Program-made: the position numbers and the translations under genes
Shown: in pieces, positions 38,329 through 47,600 of the stretch
Numbering within the stretch: the first letter of the stretch is position 1
Layout of the letters: every line of letters begins with the position of its first letter
Notes under the pieces: model-generated
Told to the model about the DNA's origin: nothing
Database searches by the model: none
The model's input: the letters and a program-made list of their open reading frames with translations, nothing else
NCBI GenBank assembly: GCA_019747095.1
Contig: JAIERG010000172.1
Location: 1-55,963 of the forward strand
DNA: 55,963 bases
Direction: 5' to 3'
DNA from: Caulobacteraceae bacterium
Lineage (GTDB): Bacteria > Pseudomonadota > Alphaproteobacteria > Caulobacterales > Caulobacteraceae

Positions 38329-39966
38329 CTAGGCGGCGTAGAGACGCCGCTGCTCAGTCCAGTCGAGCGGCAACTCGGCCCGGGTGACTGCTTCCAGCGT
38401 CAGACCCACCGGCTGTCGGCCATCGAGGATGGCGGCCTTCAGATCGGGGGCGAGGAAGGCGGGCTTGATCATGCGTCGGACAAAAGCGCCGGACACGCCC
38501 TCGGCCTCGGCAATCTGGTTGATGCTGTCGATCTCGCCGGCGAACAGTCGACGCTTCCACGCCTCGGCGCGGATCAATGCTGAGGCCATGACCCGATCGA
38601 TCCGGGTCGAAGCGATAGCCGTTGAGCCCTCTGGCCCGACGGCGACCATCGTTCCACCCCGACGAACGAGACGGACCTTGATCTCCGTCATGGGCAAGTT
38701 GCCGCGTCGCTCCAGGCGATCGATACCAACGCGGCTCTCCGGGATCAGATCGCGCGCGGCGATCTTGAGACGCTCCTCGTCGAACCTGATGATCACGGCG
38801 TCCGCAGCCACCTCGATGCGGTCGATCACGTCACGAACGGTCGTCCAGTCGGGCGTGACTGATGCGCTGTCGATGATCCGCATCTCGCCCAGACGCCGCA
38901 CAACGATGTCTTCAAGCAGCGGTGCCGAGATGCGCGAGACTGCGCCGGCCTTGTCGGGTCGCCCAGTCGTGAGCGCGGTAGAGACATAGTAGTGGTAGCT
39001 GGGCTTGTTCGGCTTGGTCGCCTTGACCGGAGACATCGGGTTGCCGGCGGAATCAAAAAGCAGTCCCATCAGCGGCGCGCCCTTGTGCGGGCGGCGGGCT
39101 TCACCGGGCAGGCGCTGTTTGCGATCGTTCTCGTCGAGGCGAGCCTGCACGGCATCAAAGGTCACGCGGTCGATGATGGCCGGATGCTGGCCGGGATAGC
39201 TCTTGGTCTTATGGGGTATCTCTCCGACGTAGGTGCGGTTACGCAGCAAATGGAACAGCGCGCCGCGGTCCATCGGCTGGCCGCCGGTCTGAACTCCGGC
39301 CTTGGTCGTCCGACGTTTTGACACGACCCCAGCCATTGTCAGTTCCTGGTGGACCTGATGAACCGAGCCGGTCTCCAGATAGCGGCAGAAAATCCCCCGT
39401 ACGGTCTCAGCCTCCGTCGGATTGATGACCAGGGTTCGCCCTGACGCCTCGTATCCGAGGGGCACTCCACCCCCCATCCACATGCCGAGCTTCTTGGAGG
39501 CAGCGATCTTGTCTCGGATCCGCTCACCGGTCACCTCGCGCTCGAACTGGGCGAAGGACAGAAGGACGTTGAGGGTCAGCCGGCCCATGGAGGTCGTGGT
39601 GTTGAAGGCCTGGGTAACGCTGACAAAGCTGGCGCCTGCCTTGTCCAGGACATCCACGATCCTGGAGAAGTCGGTCAGGGCGCGGGTCAGGCGGTCGACC
39701 TTGTAGACCACCACCACATCGATCCGGCCTGATGCTACATCCGCCATCAGCCGCTTTAGCGCCGGCCGATCCATGTTGCCGCCGCTGAACCCGCCGTCAT
39801 CATAGATTTCGGGAAGCAGAGTCCACCCCTCGCCGGCCTGGGAGAGGACATAGGCGGCGCAGGCGTCGCGCTGCGCGTGGAGCGAGTTGTAGTCCTGCTC
39901 CAGGCCCTCTTCGGTGCTCTTGCGGGTATAGATGGCGCAGCGAATGGGACGACCGGCGGGCTTCAT
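38329..39966 (-). CDS. Large serine recombinase
   Basis: AIYTRKS (catalytic Ser), DGGFSG..MDRPAL, KVDRLTR, FAQFERE, G.W.GG..PLGY and HPAII. Confidence 0.95.
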   Translation of the reverse strand: MKPAGRPIRCAIYTRKSTEEGLEQDYNSLHAQRDACAAYVLSQAGEGWTLLPEIYDDGGFSGGNMDRPALKRLMADVASGRIDVVVVYKVDRLTRALTDFSRIVDVLDKAGASFVSVTQAFNTTTSMGRLTLNVLLSFAQFEREVTGERIRDKIAASKKLGMWMGGGVPLGYEASGRTLVINPTEAETVRGIFCRYLETGSVHQVHQELTMAGVVSKRRTTKAGVQTGGQPMDRGALFHLLRNRTYVGEIPHKTKSYPGQHPAIIDRVTFDAVQARLDENDRKQRLPGEARRPHKGAPLMGLLFDSAGNPMSPVKATKPNKPSYHYYVSTALTTGRPDKAGAVSRISAPLLEDIVVRRLGEMRIIDSASVTPDWTTVRDVIDRIEVAADAVIIRFDEERLKIAARDLIPESRVGIDRLERRGNLPMTEIKVRLVRRGGTMVAVGPEGSTAIASTRIDRVMASALIRAEAWKRRLFAGEIDSINQIAEAEGVSGAFVRRMIKPAFLAPDLKAAILDGRQPVGLTLEAVTRAELPLDWTEQRRLYAA

Positions 39967-40394
39967 GCGGCTTCCGTTTCCCTGAGGCCGAAGAATCGCG
40001 GTCCGTTCCATCGGACACCGGTGATCAGCCTGGCTACCTTGGAGAGGCTGGCGTGCTTTGCGCCGTTCCAGATGAAGCCGTCTTGAACCACCTGGACCTC
40101 GTGGCGTTGGCCCTGCCACTCCCGGATGAGCGTGGAGCCTGGCTTGAACGCAGCGGTGCGCACCTTGGACTTATGGCCCATGCGATGCCTGGAGACCGCG
40201 CTGGTCAGGCGGCGGTCGGGACTGACGGCACCTTGGCCTGAAGCATTCATCTGCAGCGCCTCGGCCAGCGCACGGCGCAAGAGGTCAGGGGAGCGGACCG
40301 GGGGCGGCTCACCAAGCCGCTCCCTCCACACCGCCCGAAGCGCATCGACGTCCATGGCTGTGAGGCTGACCAGAGTTTCGCGCAGGTCACTGAT
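39963..40394 (-). CDS. DUF2924 family protein (expected start codon reads ATC)
   Basis: LRAVW, PGSTLIREWQG..HEV and SLSKVA..ITGVRWNGPRFFGL; ATGA overlap with the recombinase. Confidence 0.8.
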   Translation of the reverse strand: MSDLRETLVSLTAMDVDALRAVWRERLGEPPPVRSPDLLRRALAEALQMNASGQGAVSPDRRLTSAVSRHRMGHKSKVRTAAFKPGSTLIREWQGQRHEVQVVQDGFIWNGAKHASLSKVARLITGVRWNGPRFFGLRETEAA

Positions 40395-40663
40395 GACGGC
40401 GACGCCTCTGCGGGCTCGGCAACCTGAGCGATGCGCCAGACCCGCCGATCGTCTGTCTTCTCGCTCGTGACAGCGTGTCCCTTCTTCTTCAGCGCACCGG
40501 CCATGGCTCCGCGAACGGAGTGGGCCTGCCAGCCGGTGGCCTCGATCATCGCCGGCATGTCGGCTCCCTCCTCGCGCGCTAGGATCGTGATCAGCCGATC
40601 CAGCTTGGAGGATGGGCGCGGCCTGGGCGCGGCGGGCAATTCTGTCTTTGATGTTCGGGGCAT
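40247..40663 (-). CDS. DUF3489 family wHTH protein (reads through its expected stop at about 40391)
   Basis: SK...I..L.R.EGA, ATGWQAHSVRG..AGALKKKG and RVWRI. Confidence 0.8.
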   Translation of the reverse strand: MPRTSKTELPAAPRPRPSSKLDRLITILAREEGADMPAMIEATGWQAHSVRGAMAGALKKKGHAVTSEKTDDRRVWRIAQVAEPAEASPSSVTCAKLWSASQPWTSMRFGRCGGSGLVSRPRSAPLTSCAVRWPRRCR

Positions 40664-40988
40664 TGTGCATGTTCCTCGGATCAACGAGCGCGGGGTTGCG
40701 CTCTACTGAGCCGAGCCCGGACTGCCGGGCGGGAACGGGATCACTACCGCTTGCTGTGCGGCGCAAGTCCAGTCGGACAAGCGGCCTCTCGCGGAAAACT
40801 GCAGCGCCGCCCTTGCGGCCCTGTTGTGAAAAATCCACCTCCGTTCGTCGGACTTAATCCGGCGCTGTCGGCAGAACATCGGGCTTCGTCCCACCGGGCA
40901 TTCGACAGGTTCCCCTCATCATCACCGGCGTCAGCCGCACGCGCTTGCGCGATTGCGATCCTGTGCCCGCTTGTCTGGAGACCTGATC

Positions 40989-42437
40989 ATGACGATCGAC
41001 CCTGCCCAAACCATTGCCCGGCAAATCCCTCCATCCGTCACCCTGGCGGTGGAGCTCGTTGCCATCGTCGCCCTCGTACTTGGCCGCCAACTTCGAATTC
41101 ACACGAAGAGCATGATCGAAGCGATGGCCGCCTGCATTCGGCAGTTCGGCTTTCTGATCCCGGTCCTTATCGACGCAGAGAACCGGGTCATCTGCGGCAA
41201 GGGCCGGGTGGAGGCTGCTCGCCTGCTCGGCATGACCGAAGTCCCCTGTATTCGCATCACCCATCTGTCGGAGGCCGAGCGACGGGTGTTCGCCATCGCG
41301 GAGAACCAGCTCGGCCAACTCGCCGGCTGGGACAACGAGACCCTGAAGCTTGAACTGCAGGAGCTGTCGGGCATGGACCTGAGCTTCAGCCTGGAGCTGA
41401 CCGGCTTTTCCTCGGCCAAGATCGACAGCATCATTTTCGGCGGCGACAGCGGCGACCGCAGCGAAAACGCCATCCCTGCCCTGCCCGATCAGATCACCAG
41501 CCGGATGGGCGACCTGTGGCAGTTGGGCAACGGCCGCCTTCTCTGTGGAGACGCCACCGAGCCTGCCAGCTTCGCCAGGCTGCTCGGCGGTGAGAAGGTC
41601 CGCTGCGTCTTCACGGATCCGCCCTACAACGTTGCCATCGCGGGCCACGTCACGAGCGGCGGCAAGCATGGCGAGTTCGTCATGGCGTCCGGCGAGATGT
41701 CCGATGACGAGTTCACCGGATTCTCGACCAAGGGGATGGCAAGAGCGGCTGAAAACCTCATCGACGGCGGCCTGCTCTACTGGTGCATTGACCACCGGCA
41801 TGTGGAGCACACGCTCGCCGCGGCATCGGCCGCCGAGCTGGAAAGACTCAACCTTATCGTCTGGGACAAGAAGGCCGGCGGCATGGGCAGCTTCTACCGC
41901 TCCCGTCACGAGCTAATCTTCCTGTTCAGAAAGCCCGGCGCTTCGCACGTGAACCGGGTGGAACTGGGCAAGCACGGGCGCGACCGATCCAACGTCTGGA
42001 CCTATGAGGGGGTCAACGGGTTCGGACCCGCCAAGGCCAAGGCGCGGGAAATGCACCCAACCGTCAAGCCACTCGCCCTCGTGCGCGACGCCATCCTCGA
42101 CTGCACGGCCAAGGGTGATGCGGTCCTCGATCTGTTCAGCGGCAGCGGCACGACGCTCATCGCCGCAGAGCAGATCGGGCGCCGCGGCTTCGCCACCGAG
42201 CTTGACCCCTGTTACGTCGATGTGGGCGTCATCCGCTGGCAGGAGTTCACCGGCCGGGAGGCGCGTCTAGCCTCGACCGGTCAGACGTTCAGGGAGGTCC
42301 GCGCCGAACGCGCCAGCGTCTCAGAGGCTAGTGTCTCAGAGCCTGTGTCACCGCAGGAGGAGGCCGCGTCGCCGCCCGCCGGCATCAACGCGGTGGCCGC
42401 CCCGCGTGTCCGGGTTCGCACCCGTCTGGCCGCCTGA
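40989..42437 (+). CDS. ParB-N domain + beta-class DNA methyltransferase
   Basis: I.QFGF..PVLID...I.G.GR; TDPPYN (motif IV), HPTVKP, DLFSGSGTT (motif I). Confidence 0.92.
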   Translation: MTIDPAQTIARQIPPSVTLAVELVAIVALVLGRQLRIHTKSMIEAMAACIRQFGFLIPVLIDAENRVICGKGRVEAARLLGMTEVPCIRITHLSEAERRVFAIAENQLGQLAGWDNETLKLELQELSGMDLSFSLELTGFSSAKIDSIIFGGDSGDRSENAIPALPDQITSRMGDLWQLGNGRLLCGDATEPASFARLLGGEKVRCVFTDPPYNVAIAGHVTSGGKHGEFVMASGEMSDDEFTGFSTKGMARAAENLIDGGLLYWCIDHRHVEHTLAAASAAELERLNLIVWDKKAGGMGSFYRSRHELIFLFRKPGASHVNRVELGKHGRDRSNVWTYEGVNGFGPAKAKAREMHPTVKPLALVRDAILDCTAKGDAVLDLFSGSGTTLIAAEQIGRRGFATELDPCYVDVGVIRWQEFTGREARLASTGQTFREVRAERASVSEASVSEPVSPQEEAASPPAGINAVAAPRVRVRTRLAA

Positions 42438-42449
42438 GGGAGATGATCG

Positions 42450-42836
42450 ATGTCTGACGATTACGCGGTCGGCTACGGCCGACCACCCCAGGCCACCCGG
42501 TTCAAGGCCGGCCAGTCCGGCAACCCCAAGGGCCGCCCCAAGGGATCGCACAATCTGTACACCCTGCTCCACGACGCCATGCAGACCCGCGTCCCCGTCA
42601 CGATTGAGGGACGTCGGGTCTATCTGACCAAGGCGGAGGTGGCCGTCCGCCAACAGGTCGATAACGCCGCCAAGGGCGACCTGCGGGCTCTCGCTTTTCT
42701 GGTCAAGGCGATGGCCCAGGCCGTGCCGCCGCCTACGGGCTCTTCGGCGGACCAGAGGACCGAGCTCACCACGGAGCAGTGCAATGCGATCTTCGAGGCC
42801 CTTGTCCGGGAACACGCTACGGAGGGCGGGCTATGA
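42450..42836 (+). CDS. DUF5681 protein (small terminase-like)
   Basis: VGYGRPP..TRFKAGQSGNPKGRPKG; KGD.RA; ATGA overlap with TerL. Confidence 0.85.
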   Translation: MSDDYAVGYGRPPQATRFKAGQSGNPKGRPKGSHNLYTLLHDAMQTRVPVTIEGRRVYLTKAEVAVRQQVDNAAKGDLRALAFLVKAMAQAVPPPTGSSADQRTELTTEQCNAIFEALVREHATEGGL

Positions 42837-44326
42837 AAGCCCTCCCAATGCCCGTCGAGGACCTCCTGTTCGTACGCGCACGCGACGACTTCGGCACCTT
42901 TCTCGAACTGACTTTCGCATCCCTCAACCCCAAGGTCGAGCTGGCGAGGGGCTGGTACCTGTCAGCCATGATCCAGGCGTTGATCGAGATCGCAGACGGC
43001 TCCAACCGTCGTCTGCAGATCACCGTGCCGCCCCGTCATCTGAAGTCGATCATGACGACGGTGGCCTTCTCGGCCTGGATGATGGGCCGCGACCCGACCT
43101 GCAAGATCATCTGCGCCAGCTACGGCCAGGAGCTGGCCTCCTCCCTGTCGCGCGACTTCCGCAAGGTGATCTCCTCGGACTGGTACAAGAGGGTCTTCCC
43201 TGTCACGGCCGCCTCCATCGACAGGGAAACCGAGAACGAGGTCAGGACCAAACAGGGTGGCTTCCGGTTCGCCACGGCGGTCGGATCGGCGGTCACAGGC
43301 TACGGTGCCGATCTGATCATCATTGACGACCTCCTGAAGGCCGCCGATGCCTCCTATCCTGAAGCCAGGGCGAGGGCTCAGCGGTTCGTGGACGAATCCC
43401 TCTTCACCCGCCTGAACGACAAGGCCAGCGGAGCCGTCATCGCCATCCAGCAACGCCTGCATGAAGACGACGTCTCCGCCCACCTGACCGCGAAGGGCGG
43501 CTACCGCCATCTGAACCTGCCGGCCATAGCCGTTCGGGACGAGATCATCGCCCTCACGCGCGGCCGCACACACCTTCGCCGGATCGGCGATGTCTTGAAC
43601 CCCGACCGGGAGCCGATGTCGGTTCTGGACGAGATCCGGGTCGGCCTCGGGTCACGGGCATTTGAGGCCCAATACCAGCAGAACCCCACACCAGCCGACG
43701 GAGACATCCTTCGTTGGGATCGCATCCAGTTCCACGATGACGACCCCCTCGACTATCGGACCCGCGATGGCCGGCGACTGCTCCACAAGGTGGTCATGAG
43801 CTGGGACACGGCCGACACGGTCTCGCCGTCCGCCGACTATTCGGTCGGGACCGTGTGGGGCCATGACGGCACGGCCTGGAAGCTGCTCGACCTCATACGG
43901 GTCCGCCTGGCCTATTCCGATCTCTTGGCCCGTATCCGCGCAGAGCGCCGCAAATGGCTCGCCGATCTCATCATCGTCGAGGAGGCCGGGGTCGGGCGCG
44001 CCATCCTCGATACCCTTTCACGGGATTGTAGACGTCTGAGCGAACCGGAGCACCACGCGCCCTACTGCGCTCGTCTGGCCGCGTCGCCGAGGCTGGGCAA
44101 GGCGGAGCGGTTCGCCGCCGCTTCAGACCCCCTCTACTCGGGTAAGGCCCTCCTCCCACGCGACGCGCCTTGGCTTGAAGACCTGCGTCGCGAGATGATG
44201 GCATTCCCGAACGGTCGCCATGATGACCAGGTCGACAGTATCAGCCAGTTCCTGAACTGGACGGTCGGTCGTGGCGGACGACAGCTGTTAGATCCTCGCA
44301 GGGCCGATCGGACCAGAACACGATGA
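42833..44326 (+). CDS. Phage terminase large subunit
   Basis: PPRHLKS (Walker A), IIIDD (Walker B), QRLHEDD, AQYQQNP, SWDT, DYS and FPNGRHDDQVDS. Confidence 0.92.
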   Translation: MKALPMPVEDLLFVRARDDFGTFLELTFASLNPKVELARGWYLSAMIQALIEIADGSNRRLQITVPPRHLKSIMTTVAFSAWMMGRDPTCKIICASYGQELASSLSRDFRKVISSDWYKRVFPVTAASIDRETENEVRTKQGGFRFATAVGSAVTGYGADLIIIDDLLKAADASYPEARARAQRFVDESLFTRLNDKASGAVIAIQQRLHEDDVSAHLTAKGGYRHLNLPAIAVRDEIIALTRGRTHLRRIGDVLNPDREPMSVLDEIRVGLGSRAFEAQYQQNPTPADGDILRWDRIQFHDDDPLDYRTRDGRRLLHKVVMSWDTADTVSPSADYSVGTVWGHDGTAWKLLDLIRVRLAYSDLLARIRAERRKWLADLIIVEEAGVGRAILDTLSRDCRRLSEPEHHAPYCARLAASPRLGKAERFAAASDPLYSGKALLPRDAPWLEDLRREMMAFPNGRHDDQVDSISQFLNWTVGRGGRQLLDPRRADRTRTR

Positions 44327-44366
44327 GTCCACCCGAATGAAGCTCGTGCCATCGCGGTCTCTGGTT

Positions 44367-45077
44367 CTACGAGCAGATCTGATTCCAGCTTTGGGCAAAC
44401 TCCTGTGGGGCCATCATCTCCTCCAGCACCGGCCCGAACGTCTCTCCCGAGGCGATGAACCGCTGAAAACCCGTGCGGCCTCCAAACCCATTGGTGGCGT
44501 TGATCTCGCCGCACACCATGGGGGTAGAGCCCTGGAAGATGACGAAGCGGTTGTTGCGAAACCGGACCGCCCCCGGGTCGCGCATCTGGTCGCGGACCGC
44601 GATCTCGGTCCTAGCGATCCAGAGCGCCTGCTGGGTCGGGTCATGAAGCTTCTCAGCCGACGCGATGGTGGCGTCGCCCGTGGCGGCGATCTCTCGGTCC
44701 CGGGCGCGGGCCAGCCGCTCGGCCTCTGACGCCTCTTCCTCCGCCAACCGGATCTGCTCCTCGGCCGCAGCCTCGCGCCGCTCTTCCTCAAGCTCAGCGC
44801 GCGCGGCAAGGACCATGTCGTCGTTTAGGGGGCAGTCGCGCAACTGAGCAGTCTGGCGGCACACCTGGACCCGGTCGGCCCATTCCGCAGCCGCTATGTG
44901 CTCGGGACGTGTCACCGGCACGCTGTTCAATCCCGTGAATGCCACGAACCCTGCCGCCGCGATCCCGCCGCCCTGCCAGCGCCTTTTCATGAACCAGAAG
45001 GGCTTTACCACCCCTGCCAGCCCGAACAGGCTGCCCATGATGGCCAAGCCTGAAACTGCACCCACGACGCCGTCCAT
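44367..45077 (-). CDS. Membrane-anchored hypothetical protein
   Basis: Two N-terminal TMs, coiled coil, and C-terminal RDP..VRF...VCGEINATNGFGG..GFQRF. Confidence 0.75.
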   Translation of the reverse strand: MDGVVGAVSGLAIMGSLFGLAGVVKPFWFMKRRWQGGGIAAAGFVAFTGLNSVPVTRPEHIAAAEWADRVQVCRQTAQLRDCPLNDDMVLAARAELEEERREAAAEEQIRLAEEEASEAERLARARDREIAATGDATIASAEKLHDPTQQALWIARTEIAVRDQMRDPGAVRFRNNRFVIFQGSTPMVCGEINATNGFGGRTGFQRFIASGETFGPVLEEMMAPQEFAQSWNQICS

Positions 45078-45143
45078 AAGAGTCCCCGCTTCCTTGCCGG
45101 CCGCACCATGCGGCCACTGCCCAGACCCCGGATCACAGTTCTG

Positions 45144-45220
45144 CAACCTATGAGTCTCACCTAACTTGTGGTCGCTCACTCTCGCCCGACCGGTCAACTG
45201 GAAATGAGACTCATCGGCTG
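45144..45220. promoter_or_regulatory. Inverted operator pair (C-box-like) between divergent genes
   Basis: CAACCTATGAGTCTCA (45144-45159) matches the reverse complement of 45205-45220 (CAGCCGATGAGTCTCA) at 14/16. Confidence 0.6.
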
Positions 45221-45256
45221 TCGTCCGACAGGATGCGGTGAAGCCACCCTGAGCGC

Positions 45257-45469
45257 ATGGATGTGCGCAAGAGACTGGGACTGCGCCTGCAGCGCCTGCG
45301 CCAGGAGCGCGGTCTCTCGCAGGAGGAGTTGGCCGACCGATCAGGCCTTCATCGGACCTATGTCTCTGGCGTGGAACGTGGGGTGCGCAACCCCACCATC
45401 ACGGTCCTCGACAAGCTCGCCAAGGGGCTAGAGGTGACCCTTCCAGACCTGGTCACTCTCGGCGACTGA
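45257..45469 (+). CDS. XRE-family HTH regulator (C-protein-like)
   Basis: LR..RGLSQEELA..SGLHRTYVSGVERG.RNPT...L.KLA..L. Confidence 0.93.
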   Translation: MDVRKRLGLRLQRLRQERGLSQEELADRSGLHRTYVSGVERGVRNPTITVLDKLAKGLEVTLPDLVTLGD

Positions 45470-45689
45470 TCGGCTGGCTACGGCGCTCTAGGACCTCCAT
45501 AGCGGCCGCCAGGGTAGCGAAGTCTGCAGCCTGTGAGAGGAGGATGCGGCCGCTTACGTCGAACCGGAGAAGATCGACGTCGGTGCAAAGGACCTGAGAG
45601 GAGTCGAGGAGTGCTGAGGCCAGCACCCCGAGGCGTAGCTTCGCCTCCAGGGCATCTTCACGATCAAGTTGAGGCTCGTCATCGGTCAT
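45453..45689 (-). CDS. Small hypothetical protein
   Basis: 78-aa helical ORF convergent on the XRE gene; family not recognised. Confidence 0.45.
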   Translation of the reverse strand: MTDDEPQLDREDALEAKLRLGVLASALLDSSQVLCTDVDLLRFDVSGRILLSQAADFATLAAAMEVLERRSQPISRRE

Positions 45690-45842
45690 GGCCCGACTAC
45701 CGCTCTGACGGAGGCCTTAGTCCAGTGGAGAAGTCAGAAATGCGCCAGAAGCGGTCATTGGGGCACCCTCGGAAAGCGCACGTCACGAGCAACGATCGGA
45801 GGCGAAAAGGTTCGTTCTCATGAGTCTGAAGCTCGCCCTGCC

Positions 45843-47600
45843 TCAGCGGGCTGCGGCTCTCAAGCGCTCGTCGAGCCGGCGGTATTCATTCGCCTCGGCT
45901 ATTTCCGGTGCCGCGGCTCTCAAACGGTCGAGGATGTTCCTGAGCTCATTGGCCATCCAGATCTGATCAATATCTATGCACCTGTGGAGGAGCGTCAGGG
46001 TTTCCCTGGGATGTCGCTCAGGGTGGGCAGAGGCTGCGAGTTCGTGGAGAACCATATCGGCGCTGCCTCGGACAAGATGGGGCAAAAGCGCCTGCAGGGC
46101 CTGAGGAAACGTCTCATCCAAGGCCACGATCGCCCGCGCGAATTGGGACGCAACGCCTCTGCCGTGCGGATCAGGCTCGGGTGGCCAGACCCGGGCGAGC
46201 AAAGGGCCGACCCGTTGAACCCAGGCGTCGTCGGCGGAGAGTTCGTCCACCGCCCCGTCCGCAAGGTCGCGCAAATAGCTGGCGATCCAGGCCGCCGCCT
46301 CGGACTTTAGGCGCTCCGGCATGGCGCGGATCGCGTCTCTGGCGGCGTCTCGCGGCAGTTCGTCGACGCCGAACTCCACGCCGACCAGCATTAGCATCGC
46401 CGCGAGTTGGGTTCCCGCCGTGCCCAATCCTTCGAGGCGCTCGGGCGTGAAAGAGGGCAGGAAGTAGGGTTTGAGCGCTTGCCAAAGGCGTTCGTCGATA
46501 CGGGGCTGCCATCCGAACCCCTGCCAAGCGGCGGTAGCCTCCACTTCATCGCGCCAGTCAAACAGCGAAAGCAGATGGGCGCGAGTCCAGTCCGGGTCGA
46601 CCGCATAGAGATAGGACAGGCGCGAGGCGGCGATCACCCGCGCTGGCCGATGTCCCGGCTCCGCGGGGGTCAGCAGTCGCGTCAGGCGCGCCAATGCATC
46701 GTCCGGTATCTCCTGCCCTACCTTCAAGCCCCGACCGAACAGGGCATCGAAGAAGGCCGACGCCAAGGAACCCATGGAGCGGTTGATCGCCAGACCGACC
46801 CATCCGCCTCGTTCCGGTGCCTCGGCATTGTCCGGATCCCTAGCCGCCGCGGCGAGAACGCGATCGAAGACGGCCCAGAAGGGGTCGCCCGCGCCCGGAG
46901 AGGGCCGCGCCTTGGCCGCCACCTCCAGAACATCGGCCGCGGCCCGCGCCACATCGGCTTGGTTCAGAAGCCCATCCGGCAAGCCGAGCAGGAGCGGAAG
47001 CAGGCGATTGCGAGTGTCCGGCGAGCGCGCTTGGTCGCGCAAGCCCCAAAGGCCGTGAACCCAGATGTCGGCTTGGTCGGGCTCCGTCGGCGTGAGCTGG
47101 AGAACGTCGACGGCTTTGGCCGGGTCTTGGGCGGCAAACTCCCGCCAGTTCTCAAGCGCGCCTTCGCGCTCGTCGCTCGCCTCCCTCAGCTCGACCGCCA
47201 GCTCTTCGGGCTCCATCCGGGCGAGATCGTTAACCTTGAGGCGCGTATCGGGGCCGACGCGGAACTCCATCCAGGTCGAGAAGTCGGCGCGTTCCCCTTC
47301 GGCAACTTCCCACTCGGGGTAGAGACCACGCAGACGCCCCGCCTCGGCCTCAAGCGCGGCGGTGAGCGGAGGTTCGCCGAGGCGCTGCAAGATCGAAAGA
47401 CGGTCAAAGATACGGCGATCGCGCGACAGGGTTCGCCGATCCAAGTCCAGCCGAGCCAACAGCGCCTCGGGCGGTCCCGCGACCAAAAGCGTCGATACGG
47501 CCTCTCTCGTCGCTTCGTCGCCGTGGCTCCACAGGCGACGAAGCAGGTCCATCACCTCCTTGCGAGCGCCTGAACTCCACAGGAGCGGGATGTCAGTCAT
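45843..47600 (-). CDS. C-terminal half of a Dsr1-like defence protein (helical-repeat/DUF4020-like)
   Basis: LWS....EVM.LL, AIN..MG, L..VDPDWTR..LL..FDW and AAWQGF.W.PR; own ATG with upstream GGAG, overlapping the SIR2 ORF by 8 nt. Confidence 0.7.
   Translation of the reverse strand: MTDIPLLWSSGARKEVMDLLRRLWSHGDEATREAVSTLLVAGPPEALLARLDLDRRTLSRDRRIFDRLSILQRLGEPPLTAALEAEAGRLRGLYPEWEVAEGERADFSTWMEFRVGPDTRLKVNDLARMEPEELAVELREASDEREGALENWREFAAQDPAKAVDVLQLTPTEPDQADIWVHGLWGLRDQARSPDTRNRLLPLLLGLPDGLLNQADVARAAADVLEVAAKARPSPGAGDPFWAVFDRVLAAAARDPDNAEAPERGGWVGLAINRSMGSLASAFFDALFGRGLKVGQEIPDDALARLTRLLTPAEPGHRPARVIAASRLSYLYAVDPDWTRAHLLSLFDWRDEVEATAAWQGFGWQPRIDERLWQALKPYFLPSFTPERLEGLGTAGTQLAAMLMLVGVEFGVDELPRDAARDAIRAMPERLKSEAAAWIASYLRDLADGAVDELSADDAWVQRVGPLLARVWPPEPDPHGRGVASQFARAIVALDETFPQALQALLPHLVRGSADMVLHELAASAHPERHPRETLTLLHRCIDIDQIWMANELRNILDRLRAAAPEIAEANEYRRLDERLRAAAR

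Noticed and set aside
39963-40838. 291-aa ORF as a long DUF2924
   Set aside because: Its N-terminal half overlaps DUF3489 in another frame and the promoter region; similarity starts only at about 40394.
40989-45469. Type II restriction-modification system (MTase plus C-protein)
   Set aside because: No restriction endonuclease nearby; the MTase is the ParB-fused phage type and is not adjacent to the XRE gene.
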